The position numbers and the translations under genes are program-made. A stretch of 64,000 nucleotides of DNA from NCBI GenBank assembly GCA_036630325.1, contig CP142729.1:992001-1056000 (forward strand), read 5' to 3'. The notes under the pieces were generated by a model. The model was not told the DNA's origin. It ran no database searches and saw only the letters and a program-made list of their open reading frames with translations. Shown here piece by piece: positions 1 through 12,826 of this stretch (position 1 is the first letter of the stretch; each line of letters starts with the position of its first letter). This stretch comes from Vairimorpha necatrix (Eukaryota).

Positions 1-224
1 AAAGGAGAAGCAATCATTAGCACCTAAAATACTTGCATCTTTAGACAGTAGAAATACCAAATAAATATATATTTGTATGCGAAATTTAATTTAAAAAAGT
101 ATATAACCATAAACCTATATAATTCTAAATAACTTAACATATTTTAAATTAAATTTTTTGATTTAACAATCTATATAGTTCTTTGAACATTTATTTAATT
201 TTTCTTATATAAACGTTATTTATA

Positions 225-298
225 TTTTTCATTGTTGGTTTATTGTAAAAAAAGATTTTCTGAAAAAATCTATTTTATAATAAACCAACAATGAAAAA
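225..298. repeat. ~74-bp near-perfect palindrome/hairpin
   Basis: Left arm TTTTTCATTGTTGGTTTATTGTAAAAAAAGATTTTC is the near-exact reverse complement of GAAAAAATCTATTTTATAATAAACCAACAATGAAAAA. Confidence 0.85.
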
Positions 299-792
299 AA
301 TGAAAATATATTGCGGGCAAAAAAGAAACAATACCATAAATGATTATTATTGTTGAAAAGAGTGAATGAGACTGAACGAAATTGCAGATTTATTTAAGAA
401 CCTTTTCTTTTATAATGTGTCTGAAAACAATGGTTTGTGATAACCATGTCGGATTGGACAAACTTGTACTGAAACAGTTTGGTATGTGATGAATAAAAAT
501 GATTGTTAAATAGAGTTACAACAATTATAACTAAATCTGGAATAAACATTTGTATCTATGCATATATATTTGTTGTTTTAAATGTCATAAGTGCTTAGTA
601 ATTTTTGTCCCTTTCTTGCTCCTCTTTTTTTTGCATTTCAATTTTGGGGTTTTAAAAAAATCTAAGCGCTTCAAAAGGATGGAGGTCTAATGTATCCTTC
701 ACCAAAAATCTTCATATCATCTTATTACAAAAATTCCAAAAAAAAAAAACAAATACATTGTTGTTTTACTAAAAAAAATCTTTTTTTATTGC

Positions 793-973
793 TGTGGTAT
801 CCATCACTAAGAAGAGTTTTGATGATGTTTTGTTTTTTTATGTTTTTATTCTTTCTTTCCATTCTTTCCTATTCTTTTCTAGATAAAATATTTAAATAAA
901 TGTTGGAGGGAAACTGGACGAAATTGGAGGAGAAGATTTTAAAAATATAATTTATGATATTTGGTATATCATA
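793..973 (-). mobile_element. Solo LTR related to the gypsy element at 43335-47347
   Basis: TGTGGTATCC...GATAAAATATTTAAATAAATGTTGGAGGGAAA...TTTATGATATTTGGTATATCATA aligns with both LTRs of that element. Flanks are ATTGC / ATTGT. Confidence 0.8.
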
Positions 974-1029
974 ATTGTACAACGAAAATATTAAAACAAT
1001 TACATAATCCTTAAAATCCCTTTTAAAAC

Positions 1030-3480
1030 CAGATGTTTTTTATTTAGATTTTTTAGTAATGTTATATAATAAATATTTCGATTATGATTAATTTATATCA
1101 AAACAAAGTCATGATTTAAATTAACGAAAGATCTCTTACAACTGTATTCGTATTATGTCTTTAGATCATAGTACTTTAATTTATTAGTCCCACATTATTG
1201 AACATTATTATATAGGAATCAATTAAACAATCCATACAATATAAAAAACATATCAATCTTATTAACAAAAACTTTTTAAAACCAATAACTTTTTCGTATC
1301 CGAAACTCATTTAATTCTCACAAACAAACTTTTGTTGGATTCAACTTTTTAATCTTATTTCATTTTTACCTAAAGATTTTTAAAATTTTACCTTATATGT
1401 AAAATAGTAAACGCCCATTTAAGCGTAGACAAAGTCACTGAAAATATCTGTAATTGTATATATTAAGTCTCTGTCGATGGTTCTCAAATTTTTTGTTGTT
1501 GATTTTGACATAACCAGTTGTGCTATATTTAAGCAATTATGATTAAATTAAGTTTAATGCATTTTATTAAGGTTACAGCCACGAGGATATTCTTATGGGA
1601 AGAGTTATTTTAACATGATGATCTTTCTTGGTCTTGAGTTCTAATAAATGGTTGTTAAGTCCTTTATCTCATGATATCGTGGTTGTTATGACCGAAAATA
1701 ACCCGGTCGAATAATCAATTTTTAAAAACAAAAAAAAAACGATAAAATGAAATAAGGAGTTATATTTTAAATTTACAGCTTTCAACATATTTTTTCCTAT
1801 TTCCTAAAAGTTTTTCTTCTTAGGATTGATATAATTAATATATTCTCAATAAGTAGTTTTATGTTCAAGTTTAGATTTTGATACAGAAATTGTCGTTTAC
1901 ACTGCCGACAGTCATTTGACAATCGTTCAACCAAATTTATCTACGGCTTAATTCGATGAAATTATACTTTCTTGTGCATTCTTAGTTGGATAACTCTGAT
2001 CAATTTCCTACTAGAAAGACTCAATTCCTTTAATATAATTCTCTTTGTCTTTAATTAAATGAAGTCAACCATGCCGCTTTAAATATCTATTTGTCACAAA
2101 TATTTTAACTTACCACGCCTTTCGATTGTAAGTCTGCCATGTTTATTACTATTTTTCATGAGCCACTGTGGCGTTTTTAGCCTATACAATTTTTTCGAAA
2201 AAACACCCTTTTTTTGGAAAGTCAAAACGGCAAAAAAGATGAAGAAATAAATTTTATCAATATTGTAGATAAATCAAATTTAAACAATTCTCGCACTATC
2301 ATATTAATATATCAGGAGAGGTCTTGTTCTGGGCTTGCTGAAATCTCTTTTTTTACTTCACTTCAATTTTCTTTAATAGTGTTGATATAAGAGTTTTAAT
2401 ATGTTTACAAACTCTAGTTTATGATTGACAGTTTTGTGCTCGGCTTTATTTTCAATGAATTAAGTACAAGACGTAGTAGTCACTATGTATTATTGATTCA
2501 CAGTAACCGAAATTATTGTTTGATTCTTTTAGCGGGGGGCTTTTTTTGTTATCGACTGAGATCATTATAATTTCTCTATGTGCGATTCTTTAACCACTCC
2601 AAAAATCCAGACACTATCGATACGGTGTCCTCTGTATTATAAACTTTACAAAATCGACTTTCATCTATTTATACTATATTCCTGAACTTTACTTTATAAT
2701 TTAAATTATAAGCTTGTTTCTCACAGAAGAAATTATTTTTTATGATGTGTCTTATACATTTATGATCAATACCAGCAATGAACTTAGGACGACTTGTTTT
2801 ACTTTACAAGACAATAGTTTTATTTCTAAAATAAAAATCTTAAATACGCGATTTTTGTGATAAAATGTGGTTTTTTTGTTATGACACTTTGATTCTATAA
2901 GCTTTCCAAACACCTATAGCTATGAAGCTTATTTTTTGTGGCTTTTTTGCTTCAGCATCGCATATTAGACACTCTAGTGCCTCCATACGATCGTGTTGTT
3001 TCATTTTCTTTTTAGAATCATCTCTCGACGGTTTATTATTGGGGTAAAAAATGACAAATTTGCTTAAATACCCTTTTTGACCACAGTGGCCAAAGCTCCT
3101 AATAATATTTCTGTGTAGCATATATAATAATACAAATAAAAAAATAACGCATCTAAATAAAAAGAAAGAGCTATCAATATAATTTACTAGGCAGTAACAG
3201 AAAATTACTAGAGTTTTGGCGCAAGCGATGAAATGTATCATTAAATAAGCAATATAATGTAATTTTATTTGTTTGTATACTTGCTACACAAACTTATAAC
3301 TTTAAAGACTTTAACACATTTTATAAGAATAGACAATTTAACTTTGAACTGGAACAAAATATCTATGATTTGATTATGAAATATGAAAACTATCGATTGT
3401 GCATAACAAAAAATAAGTATTGATAAAAAAGAGAAGAAATATTACAGAATTAAGTTCTATAAGACACATTTAATATATTT
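1030..3480. repeat. Old inverted segmental duplication, partner at ~32561-36735
   Basis: Colinear reverse-complement blocks, e.g. 2881-2975 vs 33070-33161, 2161-2200 vs 34440-34482, 1030-1075 vs 36685-36733. Confidence 0.75.
2161..3091 (-). mobile_element. Degenerate Merlin/IS1595-like DNA transposon
   Basis: Short TIR (G)GCCACTGTGG...CCACAGTGGCC. Minus-strand remnants IDE, W-IFGVV and HKTVNH. Paralog of 32950-34482. Confidence 0.6.
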
Positions 3481-5767
3481 TAATTCAGAAAATGTATAAA
3501 TAATTATATAATTTAATACAAGAATACTTGTTATATAATTTATATGTAACTTTACTTATCCATTTATGTGAAATTCATCAGTCAACTATTGTACCGACAA
3601 TGAACATCTAACTCCGGGATGAAATACAAATGAAAATTGGATATTTGACTACTAAGAACCTCAAAATAGATATTAAAATTTGCTATAAATTAGTGTATAA
3701 TGTTAAAATAAAAATGTTACAGAGAAGAAATTGTTAATGATACTCCTTTTAATGTATAGAGGGCAAGGTAAGGTCCAGCGAAAATTGGATTAAAAATTAC
3801 CATAATAAAGAAAAGTGGTATGTTGTGTAAAATTTGTGTCTCGAGTATTTTATATATCAACCATTGTAAGAGCATAAAATTTCAGTTAGATTACATTAAA
3901 GAGTTAGACTATAAGCCAGAGAAGGGAAAAAAATATTTTAGTAGCACTCAGGGATACTTCAATCCCCACAATGATAATTATGATTGAGAAGATAATAAGT
4001 CAGACGAAAATTTTGTTATTTCTATTTAGAAGAAATAGTGTATTTAAGATGGCTTTATATAAAAATATTTTATAAGATGTTTTTTAACAAGAGAGTCAAT
4101 TTTGATTGTAATTAAGTAGCAGGGATAGACCTTAAGCAGGTACGATAGAATTTACATTAAACTTATCCAACGATACTTAGGATTCTAGCTCATCAAAGAT
4201 TTTCCATGTTTTTCTGGCGCAACATATAGCTTAATATCCCTAAACTTTGGCTTTGGAGAATATTTTTCACTTTATATCTCGTGCTATTTGTTTGCAGTTA
4301 AAAGTGGATAAACCTACATAAAAACGAAAGGATTAATAAGAATTTCTTATAAAATGGTGTAATAAGATTTATGACTACTAAAACTTCTTCCATGGCAAGT
4401 GTAGTACAGCAAGCTGCGCTGGATCATTTGGACTTTGGCACGAGGAAAAATTATTCAATATAGCTCGGATCGCGGCAAAGTGACTGCATAGATATACTTG
4501 ATTATCATTGTAATAATAATATAAGGAGAGACTCGTCGAATTAGCGCAAAAATTCCCTACAGTTACATGTATTTATCACACGACCCACAAACTCATGTCC
4601 CGCTATTTTCTATTAGTCTACTTTTTTTTCTAGTTGCCTGCCATTTTCTTATACCCTGTTCCCGAACACGTAGGATGAATTCGCTGAGACATTCTATTAT
4701 TATACCTGTCAAGTCTATTATTTAGCCAGGATCTTACTCATGAGTCTTCAATCATGGGTCCAACTAAACTTTGCTTAGCAGATACCTTAACGTCTATAAT
4801 TTATCAAAATTAATAAATTTTAACACTAAATGATAATCTTTGTGTGGCCTTACGCACATAAGTTTCATTTATTCCTATAGATATTTATAATTTGATTTTT
4901 CACATTCTCTATAAGACTAATTGGATTAAGAAAATAGAAACCCTCTGGCGCTCCTGAGACAAACTCCTCCATAGCAAAGGCGAACTCTGCTTTCGATCTC
5001 CGGGCTAAGGAAACCTACTCAATATTGTGTGTCTAATTATTAGGAGTCTTCGCGAATATGCTTAACGGACAAGTTTTTAAATATCGGGAAGATTAGGAGG
5101 ATGGGAATTGCAAGTCCACCTCTTCACGGGGCTTTCACTTTTTTATCCTCAAAAAAAGTGCAAAAAAGAAGGAGAAATTAGGGTACATAAATATTTGACC
5201 ATTATTACAGTATAAAACAAGAAAGAGATCATGTAAACATCTACTATTTAATTTTTGCTACATGCATTTATAGAGTATTGTTAAATAGAATAAGGAGAAT
5301 TTTTTATTTTGTATCTTACTATGTAAATAGATTAAGAGCCAGATTGAAGTTTTATTAAGTCCCATACATACCAAGAACTACTTATCCGTACTGGCCTCTG
5401 TTCCACAAATGAGTTAGTGTAAACTTTAATCATAGAATTATTAAATAATAGAATTGTCAATAGCGAATGTTCATATATCTCAAATTTAAATAAATTTATA
5501 TTGTAGTTCTTAAATGTAACAGGTAATATTTTTAAGAAGTGCTACTCTTTTGTTTCATTAATTGTGAGGCTTGAACTTATTGTTTAATTTTTAAATAAGA
5601 TCAAGGTCTTTCTTCGATCTTTATAACCACGCCAAGCACCCACACTTAATTAACTTTATAACTTTTATTGTACTTTATTTTGCTGTATAAATATTTTCAA
5701 CTTTAAAATTTTAATTTGTACGGCAACCTTTTTATTACAAGTCTGGGTTTAATAAATATTTGATAAT

Positions 5768-6526
5768 GGTGCCCTTATCCAAGTGGTAGAAGGCGATGCT
5801 TCCATTATGCAATGGCTAGGTTCGGTTCCCAAGAGCACAAAAACGGTCCTCTTTTTATGATGCAACGGAAGAACCAAACATTAAAAATGTCAACGATGAA
5901 AATTAAGTTGATTCGATGACTTAGTGTGTCCAGCCACAAAGGGATTAGCATCTAGTGTATAAACTCACCAAGGCCTAAAACCAGGGTCCCACTACATGTG
6001 GTGACTTAATGATGCATAAAAGTATCTAATGAGTACGGCCTAGTTAAAGCCCATGGTTGGTGCACTCTAGAGTGGGATCCTAGAGTTAACTAAGAGACTA
6101 GACGAAGTAGGGCAATAAAAGGTTTATAGTTTTTTTTACTAATATTCTAAAACACGGTGGCCGTATCTAGTGTACGTTTTAGATTACGACAGTACAATCA
6201 AAATGCCGATTTGTTGATGAAGCGGTATAAAGTGAACCGTGTGGGTCCAGATAATTGTAAAGTTCTTTGAGTTAGTACTAAGATGTCTTTCCTCGGATTA
6301 TCTAATTTATGCCGTTAAGTATATCCTCTGTGAAATCGCTCTCGACGAGATTTCATGCATATATTCAAAATGTTCTCTTTGTCTAAAATCCATGTATACA
6401 GCATAACATCCAGCACTGATGCCTTTTATGATAAATTATAGTGAGTAAGAATCTTACTAAATCTGTTTGATAAGGATAACACCCAAATACCTATGATCCC
6501 TACGCCTTACTTGCAAAGAAAAAAAA
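5768..6526 (+). mobile_element. tRNA-headed, A-tailed SINE-like repeat, copy A
   Basis: Head GGTGCCC TTATCCAAGTGG...GGTTCGGTTCC..GAGCAC (A/B-box-like, acceptor-stem-like), ~680-bp body, ends CTTACTTGCAAAG-A8. Homology to other copies starts at the tRNA 5' end. Confidence 0.65.
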
Positions 6527-7233
6527 TTAACAAATATTTATACTAACAAAGATCAAATTTTAAGTCTACTTAAAATTGTTTTGATCTTTTACTTATATTG
6601 ATAAAAATGCTTCGTTTTTGAAGCTTTGGTATAATAAAAAGGAATGCCTATTTGTAATTATATTTTTGATTCTATAAAATTAAGGACAAAGAAAATTAAA
6701 TTTGTTTATACTTCAACATATTGATTATTTACCTTTTCCCCTCAGACATACCCATTGAATAATACCCACTTAATAAAAGGATTTTGTTAAAAATTTGCCA
6801 AAAATTTAAATTACTGAAAATGAGTTTTATTATTTATTTGTTTATATGTTTTAAAGAGTCGCACTCAGACAGGAGAAGTTTAAAATATGAATGTATGATT
6901 TTTACAAAAAGAAAATACCATATGAATAGATGTAAATTTAGGGACGACTTTGTAATAAAATTCATAAAATAAATTTTAAACAAGTTTATTTTTACACACT
7001 TGATTTTTTTATATCAGATTATTGTTCTCAAATTCAATTGTTTTTCTCTTGTATCTTTCAATTAGATAATCTAGCGACTTAAAGAATATATACAAAAAAT
7101 ACGTAGAATCGCGCATTGTTTCTATTTAGATCATTTAATCGACATCTCTAAACGATTTTTTGACTAAAGAGTAATATTATTTATCTGTCAAACACATCAA
7201 TGAACTTTCTAAAAAATAATTTTTTTTTAACCC

Positions 7234-8730
7234 CTGCTTTTCGATTGGAAACGGACAACAGCAAATAATTGCTATAAATTTTACAAACGACGACTATTCA
7301 CCATAGTACTGGTTAATAAATACCAAATGTTCATAAAGACTCCTAGGGGATCGCCTTCTATATGATGGAAGCCAATTACTTACAAATGGGAATGGCATTC
7401 GAAAACCTTGAAAAAAGTTAGAAGGTTCGAAGCCATAGAAACAAGATAAATCTAAACATATGGGAGTCCACTAAATGTTGTAATGAAGCATTATTGGTCA
7501 ATCCCAAGAACATTAATTCTATAAACTTCTTGGGAAATGCTTCTTGCAACGGGACAATTTAGAATTGACAAAAGAGATTGTAGATAAAATTAGAACCGTT
7601 GACCAAATTAAATATGTGCTACTATTTAGAAGGGTATATTTTGTTAGAGAGAGAGGTCGTGACGTAGAAGCCTAAGATGATTTTTTATCGTATTTATATG
7701 CATCGTCGTATTATTTATTCTTCTTGTACAGTCTAGGATAAATTTACGATCTATAGAAAATTTTGAATGGGGCGGGAGTGGTTTACTCAAATCCTATCTG
7801 CCGACTTAGAACTCCCAAAAGTACTCGAAAATATGTACTGAATTGGGATCTATTACAAAAAGGAGAGTAAATTCACAGATGCGCTTGGAGTTTTCAAATT
7901 TTTAGGGCCATTAGTAAAGTTTGATTTTTATAAAAATGATGTCAATCTTCAGATTGAATATCTATGAGATCACAGAGAACACAGAAATGTGTTCAAAGAT
8001 CTCAAATAAATTTATGATTCATAGCAAGCAAAATAATTCTTTCTGTTAGATTAAACAACTAGCTCAATCTTAAAGAAAAAATCTCGAAGCAATATTATTT
8101 ATTTATTAAGATATTAAGGTGGTTTTTTATCTAATTTGCCTCAACTGCCGCGTATTCTATCTGGTTACACCACCTTCTAGCTCCTCTACTATGTTTTTAG
8201 TTCCAGATCCTCCTTCTCGAGTCCTGCCGGTTTCAAAGGAGATGCTCTCTGTTGTGTTGTTATAAATCTCATTTGGATGTAAGCTTCGGTACTAGTTGAT
8301 AGGCTGATAACACTAATATAATTGCTTTGGTATTTTGTCACAATTTCGGCTTATGTTATGACGTATGGTAAATAAACTGACGCAATAAAAAATATTTAAA
8401 ATGTAATAACGACCAGTTCCATCTAACTCTCCTTTAAGATTGTTTTGAAGAATTGGAGTGTTGCAATTGTGATCTTATAACGAAGTTTTTGATCCATATA
8501 TAATTTACATTGTAGTAAGAGTTATTGCTGAAGAAGTTTTGTATGAAGAAGCGCGTAATATTTATTTGCTCTGTTTTGAAACCGAACCCGCCTAGTATAT
8601 ATCTTACAATTTGACAGAGTGTCTGAAGAATTTTGGAATACAAACAACTATGAACAAGCTCAGAAACTGTTTCAACTGGAGCAAATTTAAAAGCTAACTT
8701 TAAAGAGGCTCTTAATAAAAAAAAAAATGT
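7234..8730 (+). pseudogene. SSN6: SSN6/CYC8-like TPR protein pseudogene, copy 1 (LINE-interrupted)
   Basis: Cross-copy consensus CCNEALLVNPKNINSLYVLGKC...FYGLG-IYD...PKVLEIMYRIGICYKK...ALGVF resembles Ssn6 TPRs. Many frameshifts and stops. Confidence 0.65.
8094..8371 (-). mobile_element. 5'-truncated non-LTR (RLE-type LINE) 3' end
   Basis: Minus frame LPYVIT*AEIVTKYQSNY...EAYIQ...TESISFE, (TAAA)n tail and TSD-like GAAGCAATA/GACGCAATA. Absent from cassette copy 3. Confidence 0.7.
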
Positions 8731-8781
8731 AGATTATATAGTGTCAAAATTGATCCGTTTTTTAATGGTAAAAATTCTAAA

Positions 8782-9538
8782 GGTGCGCTTAGGCAGTAGT
8801 ATAATGTAATGCTTGAATTTAGAATTGTCTTGGTTTGAATCCCGGGGCACCAAAATTGTTTCTCTTTTCTATGATGCAGTTGAAACAATTCAGACGCCTT
8901 TAATATTTACGAATATCATTAAGTTGATTCAATGAAACTTTATGTGACCAGCCAAGAGATAATTAACATATAGAGTAGAAACGCATCTCAGGGCCAGAAA
9001 CATTATCACCCTTGTTGACTAAGTATTACATAAAATTGCATGATGAGTACGACCTATTTGGACTTATGGCCAATACACTCTACGGAGAAATCTAGAGCTA
9101 CTAATAGATTAGACGAAATGGGGCAATCGAAGCTCTAATAGTTCCTATTCTAATGTTCAGTAACACGATGGCCGTAAATAGTGTACGTTTTGGATTAAAG
9201 CAGCACAATTAAAATGTCGAGCTAGTGATGTGATGGTGAAAGGAGTCGCAAGTGTGATTCGGATTATTGAAAAGACCTTTGATTTAGTACAATGATGTCT
9301 CTTCTCGGGTTAATAAACTCATGGCCTTAAGAATATCCGCTGTGAAATCACTTTCGACGTTATTTAAGGTATATTTTAAAATTTTCTCTTGTTCCGTAGT
9401 CCATGAATACGGCGTAACATCCTACACTTGTGCCTTTTATGCTATATTATAGTAAGTAAGACTCTAACTGAATCAGTTAGATGTGGACCACGTCCGAATA
9501 CCAATGATCCCTAAGCCTTACTTGCAAAGAAAAAAAAA
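8782..9538 (+). mobile_element. tRNA-headed SINE-like repeat, copy B
   Basis: GGTGCGCTTAGG...GGTTTGAATCCCGGGGCACCA head, with body and A-tail homologous to copy A. Confidence 0.65.
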
Positions 9539-9971
9539 TTAACAAAAATTTATACGAACAAAGATCAAATAACAAGTCTACCATCTAAAACGTTTTAAGT
9601 ATTTACTTATATTTATAAAAATACAACGTGTTTGAAGCATTGGTTCATTAAAAAGGAACATCTGTTCGTAATTATATTTGTGACTCTGGATATTTAATGA
9701 CAAAAAAATTAAATTTGTATAAACTTCAACATATTCATTAGTTTACTATTCTTCTTAAACATCCCCAGTCGATCATTTAACCCTTTGATGATAAAAGACT
9801 TTTATTTTAAATTTGCCAAAATTTTATGTTAGGAAAATGAGATTAAATTTATTTGTTCATATGTTTTAAAAAACTGTACTCTGACAGGAATTGTTTAAAT
9901 ATGAACGTGTGATTTTTACAAAAAGAAAATACCATATAAATAGACGTTTTTTAGGGATGAGTTTTAAATAA

Positions 9972-10995
9972 GGCTAAAGTTCACTTAGACACGCAAAAAT
10001 CGATATAGGCTTTTTTTGTTTTTTTTTGCCCCTTTTTTTCAAAAATGGAGGAGAGAATTCATACAAGAGAAGAAATTGAAATCAAATATAATAATTTAAT
10101 AATCAAATTACAAGATCAATCTTGTGATATATGTTCTAATAGAATGAGGAAAGAAAGAAAAGGCAGTTATAACTCAAAATGTACTTGGAAAGGTTGTAAA
10201 AAATCGATTTCCATCTGGCATGATACGTTCTTCGATAATTGTAAACTCAACCATATATCATGTATGCAGATACTTAATATGTGGGTTCTTAATTATTCTC
10301 GAAAGCATATCTCTCAAATTTTAGGTTGTCCAAAAAAACACACAACATTATTATAAAAAAAATTAAAAGAAATGAATATTTACGACAAGTATTTATCTTC
10401 TCTAAGTATTATGGGCGGAGAAGGTATAATAGTTGAAATTGATGAGACAAAAGTTGGAAAGAATAAAAACCATAGAGGTAAATTAGTGAAGGGCTTCTGG
10501 TGTTTTGGCATGGTCGAACGTACCATCGAACGAAAAATCATAATACTATATATTAAAAAACGAAATAAAGAAACGCTTACTAATCTTTTAGTGAAATATG
10601 TAAGTACTAAAAGTACTATATATAGCGATATGTGGAGTGCTTACCATTCTTTGAATACAATATTCAATGAACACCACATGGTTAATCACTCATTGCATTT
10701 CAGGGACCCAAATACGGGAGTTCATACCAATACTATAGAAGGTAATTGGCGTTCCCTCAAAAATTCCTTACCCAATAGAAATAGGTCTCCAAATAGCGCA
10801 AAAATTTATTTGTTTAGGTATATGCTCCTTAGAAATTCCTCGGGTTCCGTCTTTGATGAATTATTAAAATTTTTATTCTACTTGTTTTTTTTTGTTTCTT
10901 CCTTAACATTTTCTCTCCTCCATTTTTGAAAAAAAGGGGCAAAAAAAACAAAAAAAGCCTATATCGATTTTTGCGTGTCTAAGTGAACTTTAGCC
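9972..10995 (+). mobile_element. Merlin/IS1595-like DNA transposon, near full length (1024 bp)
   Basis: ~86-bp near-perfect TIRs GGCTAAAGTTCACTTAGACACG... and an 8-bp TSD TTAAATAA/TTTAATAA. Inserted in cassette copy 2. Confidence 0.95.
10045..10929 (+). pseudogene. Merlin DDE transposase, one frameshift near 10335
   Basis: N-terminal Cys cluster, then VEIDET, WCFGMVER, IYSDMWSAY, VNHS and HTNTIEGNW motifs. Confidence 0.9.
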
Positions 10996-11282
10996 TTTAA
11001 TAAATTTCAAAAAACATGTGTTAAACAATTTTAAGTTGATCTTAACATACTTGGTTTTTTTATCAGATGAATGTTCCCAAAATCAATTAGTTTTTCTCAC
11101 GCATCTTTCAATTAGATAAATTGTAGTCTAGTTAAATCATAATTAAAATGCGTAGAATCGCGCATTGTTTCTATTTAGATCATTTAATCGACATCTCTAA
11201 ACGATTTTTTGACTAAAGAGTAATATTATTAAGCTGTCAAACACATCAATGAACTTTCTAAAAAATAATTTTTTTTTAACCC

Positions 11283-12780
11283 CTGCTTTTCGATTGGAAA
11301 CGGACAACAGCAAATAATTGCTATAAATTTTACAAACGACGACTATTCACCATAGTACTGGTTAATAAATACCAAATGTTCATAAAGACTCCTAGGGGAT
11401 CGCCTTCTATATGATGGAAGCCAATTACTTACAAATGGGAATGGCATTCGAAAACCTTGAAAAAAGTTAGAAGGTTCGAAGCCATAGAAACAAGATATAT
11501 CTAAACATGTGGAAGTCCACTAAATGTTGTAATGAAGCATTATTGGTCAATCCCAAAAACATTAATTCTCTTTACGTTCTTGGGAAATGCTTCTTGCAAC
11601 AGGGCAATATAGAATTAATTAAAGAGATTGTAGATAAAATTAGAACCGTTGACCAAATTAAATATGTACTACTATTTTAGAAGGGTATATTTTGTTAGAG
11701 ACGGATTAGATCGTAGAAGCCTACGATAATTGTTATCGTATTTGAATACATCGTCATATGATGTATTCAGCTTCTACGGTCTAGAAAAAATTTACGATCT
11801 TTAGAAAAGTTTGATGAGGCGGGAGTGGTTTACTCAAATCCTATCTGCCGACTTAGAACTCCCAAAAGTACTCGAAAATATGTACTGAATTGGGATCTAT
11901 TACAAAAAGGAGAGTAAATTCACAGATGCGCTTGGAGTTTTCAAATTTTTAGGACACTTAGTAAAGTTTGATTTTTATAAAAATGATGTCAACCTTCAGA
12001 TTGCGCATATCTATGAGATCACAGAGAACACAGAAATGTGTTCAAAGATCTCAAATAAATTTAATTTTCATAGCAAGCAAAATAATTCTTTCTGTTAGAT
12101 TAAACAACTAGCTCAATCTTAAAGAAAAAATCTCGAAGCAATATTATTTATTTATTAAGATATTAAGGTGGTTTTTTATCTAATTTGCCTCAACTGCCGC
12201 GTACTCTATCTGGTTACACCACCTTCTAGCTCCTCTACTATGTTTTTAGTTCGAGATCCTCCTTCCCGAGTCCTGCCGGTTTCAAAGGAGATGCTCTCTG
12301 TTGTCTTATTTATAAATCTCATTTGGATGTATGCTTCGGTACTAGTTGATAGGCTGATAACACTAATATAATTGCTTTGGTATTTTGTCACAATTTCGGC
12401 TTATGTTATGACGTATGGTATATAAACTGACGCAATAAAAAATATTTAAAATGTAATAACGACCAGTTGCCATCTAACTCTCCTTTTAGATTATTTTGAT
12501 AAATTGGAACGTTGCAATTGTGATCTTATAAACGAATTTTTGATCCATATATACTTTACATTGTAGTAAGAGTTATTGCTGAAGAAGTTTTGTATGAAGA
12601 AGCGCGTAATATTTATTTGCTCTGTTTTGACCTAGATCCAGCCTTGTATATATCTTACAATTTGACAGAGTGTCTGAAGAATTTTGGAATATACAGCTAT
12701 GAACTAACTCAGAAACTGTTTTAACTGGAGCTTATTAATAAACTAATTGTAAAGAGGCTCTAAATAAAAATCAGTAGATT
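11283..12780 (+). pseudogene. SSN6: SSN6/CYC8-like TPR pseudogene, copy 2
   Basis: Colinear with copy 1. Confidence 0.65.
12144..12420 (-). mobile_element. LINE 3' end fragment (same insertion as 8094-8371)
   Basis: ORF 12206..12391 TKYQSNY...EAYIQMRFINKTTESISFE and (TAAA)n tail. Confidence 0.7.
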
Positions 12781-12826
12781 ATATAATGTCCAAATTGATC
12801 CGTTTTTTAATGGTAAAAATTCTAAA

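Larger units (their letters stand above)
4288..8650 (+). repeat. Recent direct segmental duplication, partner 59655-64000
   Basis: Near-identical text at ~55.36 kb offset. ORFs 6784..6972 and 62150..62338 translate identically. Confidence 0.95.

Noticed and set aside
690-899. 69-aa ORF (also 6784..6972, 8434..8643, 12168..12371)
   Set aside because: Low-complexity chance ORFs overlapping a solo LTR or the opposite strand of pseudogenes.
5110-5140. RNase MRP-like CACGGGGCTT motif
   Set aside because: No properly spaced partner motif for the P4 pseudoknot.
5768-5840. Functional tRNA gene
   Set aside because: The anticodon loop and T arm vary freely among copies and no copy folds cleanly. Treated as a tRNA-derived head.
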